Assembly (NCBI GenBank): GCA_964499565.1
Contig: CAZCLS010000005.1
Coordinates: 1 to 28,200, forward strand
Source: an uncultured bacterium
GTDB taxonomy: Bacteria > Auribacterota > UBA3054 > CAZCLS01
Reading direction: 5' to 3'
DNA: 28,200 nt
Both the position numbers and the translations under genes were made by a program. Below the pieces are notes generated by a model that was not told the DNA's origin, did no database searches, and saw only the letters and a list, made by a program, of their open reading frames with translations. Position 1 is the first letter of the stretch. The number at the start of each line of letters is the position of its first letter. This document shows, piece after piece, positions 26,001-28,200 of the stretch.

Positions 26001-27875
26001 GACATGGTGGTCAAATGGCAGGGAAACGGCAAACAGACGCTGCTGGATTTCGGATCCGGTGAAGACAACCATTTCATGCTGACCACCGACGGCAAAGACG
26101 GAAAGCTCGCGTTCGTTGCTATCGTCGATGGCAAGAACGTTGCCGGCCTGACATCCTCGATCGCCCTTGCCCGGGACGCCTGGACACGAGTGCGCCTGGA
26201 GATCGACGGCAGGCAGATAGCCTTGTGGATCGATGACAAGCCGGTGGGTGAAGCCGCATCCACTTTCCAGCCCGCCCACGTGTTCAAAGCTGGCGTGTTG
26301 CAACGCAACTTTATCGCCGCAGGATTTGACGGCAGGGATCTATTCAAGGGCATCTTCGACAACGTGGTGGTCTATCATAAAGTGCACGGCGAAGAGTTTA
26401 CTAATCTGCCCGCACCATTTTGCGATGCGCCGCGGCGGCCTGATAAGGGATTTGCCATCGGCGTTCTCAGGAGTATGGGGGCAACCCCGTTCGAGCAGGA
26501 TGACAGGAAGAACCGTCTTGCCGAAAGACTCCTTCAGGAATGGAACAGCCGTGGTGGTCGCGCACTTACACAACTGATGGAGCTCAAGTTCCGTGTTCCG
26601 GAATACCTGGATGCGGTCGAAAAGGCCAAAGCCTTTGAGCAATGGAAGAAAGAGAGCACTGAGCAATTCCAGCAGGAATTTGACACGCGTGAGAAGGCCC
26701 TGGGTTTAACGGATCAAATTACCGATTTGAAGCAGAGGATCGCTTCTCTGGAACTAAAGTCCATTGAGTTACGGAAACAGAAGGCCGTGGATGCTCCGCC
26801 TTCCAAGCCAACCAGGAAAATTGTTGAACTGCAGGAAATGATTGAGCCGCTTGAGGTACAGCTTGCTGATCTCCAGAAGATAGAGGCGGACGCCCGTGCC
26901 GCCGTTGCGGCGATGTCGGAGAACAAAGCCGCTCAGGAAGAGATCACCCTCCTCGAAGAAGAGATAAAGCCCCTGGCCGAAATGGCCCGCAGCCGTCTCA
27001 AAGAACTGAATGATGGCGCGAACGATGACGCAGACATGAAGGCCTGGATTCGCGCTCAGCAGCACATCCCGTATTCAAAGGAAGACAAACGCGTGGTCAG
27101 GGCCATAGGTGAGTTGCGCGGAAACGTGAGGGACGCCCTCCTGTACATGATGAAGGAGGAACTTACGGCACGGGACGCCGAGTTCAGAAAGTGGTCGGAA
27201 CTGACAGAGAGAGTGGAAGACCTGAAACGCGAAGAACTCTATCGTCTGTATGATTATCTGTTGAAGAATACTGAGCATCCCGGGCTGCTCATTCAGAACC
27301 GATGGGATCAAGGCGAGCTTGCCGAAGTAAGCAAAGCACTGAATGAAGCGAAACAGCAACTCCAGAACGAGCAGCGGAATGCTGAGCAGAACAATGGATT
27401 GAGCGTTGAGGACAACATCCTGCTACAGAAGTGCAAGGATCAGTTGAACGAACGGGAGACCGATCTGCGCGAGGCCCGGGCCACGTACGTGGACGAGAAG
27501 CTGCGTGAAGCGGGCCTGATCGAGAAAGAGCAGGCGGTAAACAACCAACTCGAGGAAGCCACGAAGATAGTCGCAAGCACATACCACGCCGAGTACCACG
27601 TCTTGTGTTCATTCATCCGCCAGAACTTCCACGGCTTCTACAATGGGAGGATCAGCGAGTATATCGACCGGTATGCCCAGAAAGTTGTCGGCGGCGTTTC
27701 CCTGCGTGACAAACTTGACCAGGTAGAAAAGATCGAAGAACTGTACCTGCCTGAAAACTGGAAAACCAGTGTTGACCAATGGGATTGGCGCACTGTATGG
27801 GAGAAAGACGGCAGTATCGAAAATTTGCCTTTGACGAGGAAATGGTTGAAACGTGTCCGCGGGAATGCAGAATGA
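23046..27875 (+). CDS. Giant exported multidomain protein: PA14, SHD1-like, DUF6055/Svx-like HExxH metallopeptidase, left-handed beta-helix, LamG, long coiled coil, Trp-rich C-terminal motif; paralog of 1-4011
   Basis: Signal peptide (MNIPIFCGLLTILIGTTSVQS). PA14-like IQGYLHPPKDGDYIFKIAADD...LKKGRTYYYEVLQKD (~23340-23730). HEYGH at 24429-24443 plus E at 24477-24479. HPNGGGWVA from 25467. LamG-like FDGKTQYAE...RNFIAAG (~25770-26400). Helical E/K/L/Q-rich region ~26490-27750. Confidence 0.82.
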   Translation: MNIPIFCGLLTILIGTTSVQSYDFFDLSRYPEGGKLKPGVELYSVKKAGGAPEKYVRRVVHWWPRKGVDFVDIETGMIPREWTLKPGIFDDGQPPPLHLDWKTFEHDKLDMPVDVGDKYIRQIQGYLHPPKDGDYIFKIAADDMGVFFLSTNDSPDNIRLVCYSRASSPRNNFTRYDGQISVPVPLKKGRTYYYEVLQKDEGSSDNAMVVWETAGLEEEVIGGSAISTLEGVPGIVIERRASLLQDVNTGIRPRREPQSFKAHLIGFDGIGNAIGDPFAGEDFFEPSVILRMADGRKRVFRSKSFCQADREFILDIYLKEMKRIQGTLDKTVYGIKPQTLKEYPGGTPIGEPGSLLLQSDHFAVPSGSQASGPNDRWLNPEKPEIAARCRESVFTMFEHMHAYLEYGGHLMPYWDRPEQYKYEVHVGGTILNGHISKGGGAGGGYGAQGMGWLGANPGGFGHEYGHGMSIQWRVGNGEILAQSMMELTDNRCTSYDHNINVPWRNCVHAEYNACLFYRGIGYDPNWGLLAVTAMPASAEEPSIFQTLARLGQQRGMFKDGIRGMGDMVGDYSARLPELDTPNQEPVRKAYFAAARNYLEAIDPARGVYRIPWDEAPEPFGANIIRLVPEEGGKTIEVDFQGYHDPAVYSDWRACIVAVDHEGNARYSDLWNKGRMTMVRREGDRRYWLTVAATPSALLYPCDMTVYQGIYAPRYPWQVTLRGAVPGMPHRQRLDLDDVHAAYGTFLLSGLVPVIPNTEAGKQFLADTQSFVDELRQRLGQATLPEKLAYGRLIRPAAAAVAAMQGAPHPNGGGWVAASAEAALTAYVGPQAMVLDNAKVLDHAIIEDFAVIKDRAVISGNARINGQAVISADTRLTGYQRAWMPLQLTADTEAPELTTRRMENLDENGLWANYAMDQPEAVMLEDWYRQHDGASFREFFCSLMNGYLYGRPDFVTEGSNAGFAFDGKTQYAELNRHIADLSQITVDMVVKWQGNGKQTLLDFGSGEDNHFMLTTDGKDGKLAFVAIVDGKNVAGLTSSIALARDAWTRVRLEIDGRQIALWIDDKPVGEAASTFQPAHVFKAGVLQRNFIAAGFDGRDLFKGIFDNVVVYHKVHGEEFTNLPAPFCDAPRRPDKGFAIGVLRSMGATPFEQDDRKNRLAERLLQEWNSRGGRALTQLMELKFRVPEYLDAVEKAKAFEQWKKESTEQFQQEFDTREKALGLTDQITDLKQRIASLELKSIELRKQKAVDAPPSKPTRKIVELQEMIEPLEVQLADLQKIEADARAAVAAMSENKAAQEEITLLEEEIKPLAEMARSRLKELNDGANDDADMKAWIRAQQHIPYSKEDKRVVRAIGELRGNVRDALLYMMKEELTARDAEFRKWSELTERVEDLKREELYRLYDYLLKNTEHPGLLIQNRWDQGELAEVSKALNEAKQQLQNEQRNAEQNNGLSVEDNILLQKCKDQLNERETDLREARATYVDEKLREAGLIEKEQAVNNQLEEATKIVASTYHAEYHVLCSFIRQNFHGFYNGRISEYIDRYAQKVVGGVSLRDKLDQVEKIEELYLPENWKTSVDQWDWRTVWEKDGSIENLPLTRKWLKRVRGNAE

Positions 27876-27937
27876 CTGTTCAGAACCGACTGACTCGAAC
27901 GATTAGTATACGTGACCATAACATTAGGACCACTATC

Positions 27938-28200
27938 ATGAAGACTTTACTTTGGATACTGCCGACGCTCATGTTACTGCCGGCCTACACCACATTTTCC
28001 ACGAATGACGTGGCTTCAATGAAGCAGTTCAGCGCTAAAGAATGGACAGTCCCGGAGATTGAGATGCAGATGAAATTAATCCCTGCGGGGAGCTTCACTA
28101 TGGGTAGCCCTACAGGCGAAATCTGCCGGCGGAACGACGAAGTACAACATCCGGTTGTTATCTCCAAACCCTTCTATATGGCCGCCTTCGAATGCCGTCA
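27938..28200 (+). CDS. 3'-partial exported FGE-sulfatase-fold protein; paralog of 4086-6263 (absent from the ORF track)
   Basis: Manual translation: MKTLLWILPTLMLLPAYTTFS...MKLIPAGSFTMGSPTGEICRRNDEVQHPVVISKPFYMAAFECR. This matches RIEAGRFLMGSPREEVARAEDEVQHVVTISKPFYMAETE in the 4086 gene. AGGA lies upstream; there is no stop before the window end. Confidence 0.85.
   Translation, partial: MKTLLWILPTLMLLPAYTTFSTNDVASMKQFSAKEWTVPEIEMQMKLIPAGSFTMGSPTGEICRRNDEVQHPVVISKPFYMAAFECR

Noticed and set aside
26490-27750. SMC/chromosome-segregation or Wzc-like annotation for the coiled coils
   Set aside because: There are no Walker motifs, hinge or transmembrane segments, and the protein has a signal peptide. 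Any such hit would reflect composition only.
1-28200. CRISPR arrays, tRNA/rRNA genes, IS elements, integrases or tandem repeats
   Set aside because: Intergenic gaps are all 74 nt or less, and no such motifs or repeats were seen by eye.

Overview
A GC-rich bacterial window holding 12 genes, all on the + strand and tightly packed. It looks like a glycan or glycoprotein utilisation locus with no SusC/SusD, TonB receptor or regulator in view; a PVC-superphylum-like origin is my inference only. The central ~16.7 kb encodes a GH32, two PF12831-type FAD oxidoreductases, a Tat-exported Cys-type sulfatase, a DUF5695-like protein, a GH2, a NanA-like lyase and a NanM(Kelch)-sodium:solute symporter fusion. 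This cargo is bracketed by two diverged copies of the same two-gene module. The first gene is a giant exported protein: SHD1-like/PA14, then a DUF6055/Svx-like HExxH-x11-E metallopeptidase, a left-handed beta-helix, LamG, a long coiled coil and a conserved Trp-rich C-terminal motif. It is immediately followed by an exported FGE-sulfatase-fold protein. In copy 1 that partner lacks the FGE cysteine pair and is fused to an ADP-ribosylglycohydrolase-family domain; copy 2 is cut by the window edge and is missing from the ORF track. The repeated module is the best candidate for an undescribed system. No RNA genes, CRISPR arrays, mobile elements or clear terminators were seen. All family assignments come from motif recognition by eye, not database searches, and domain boundaries are approximate.
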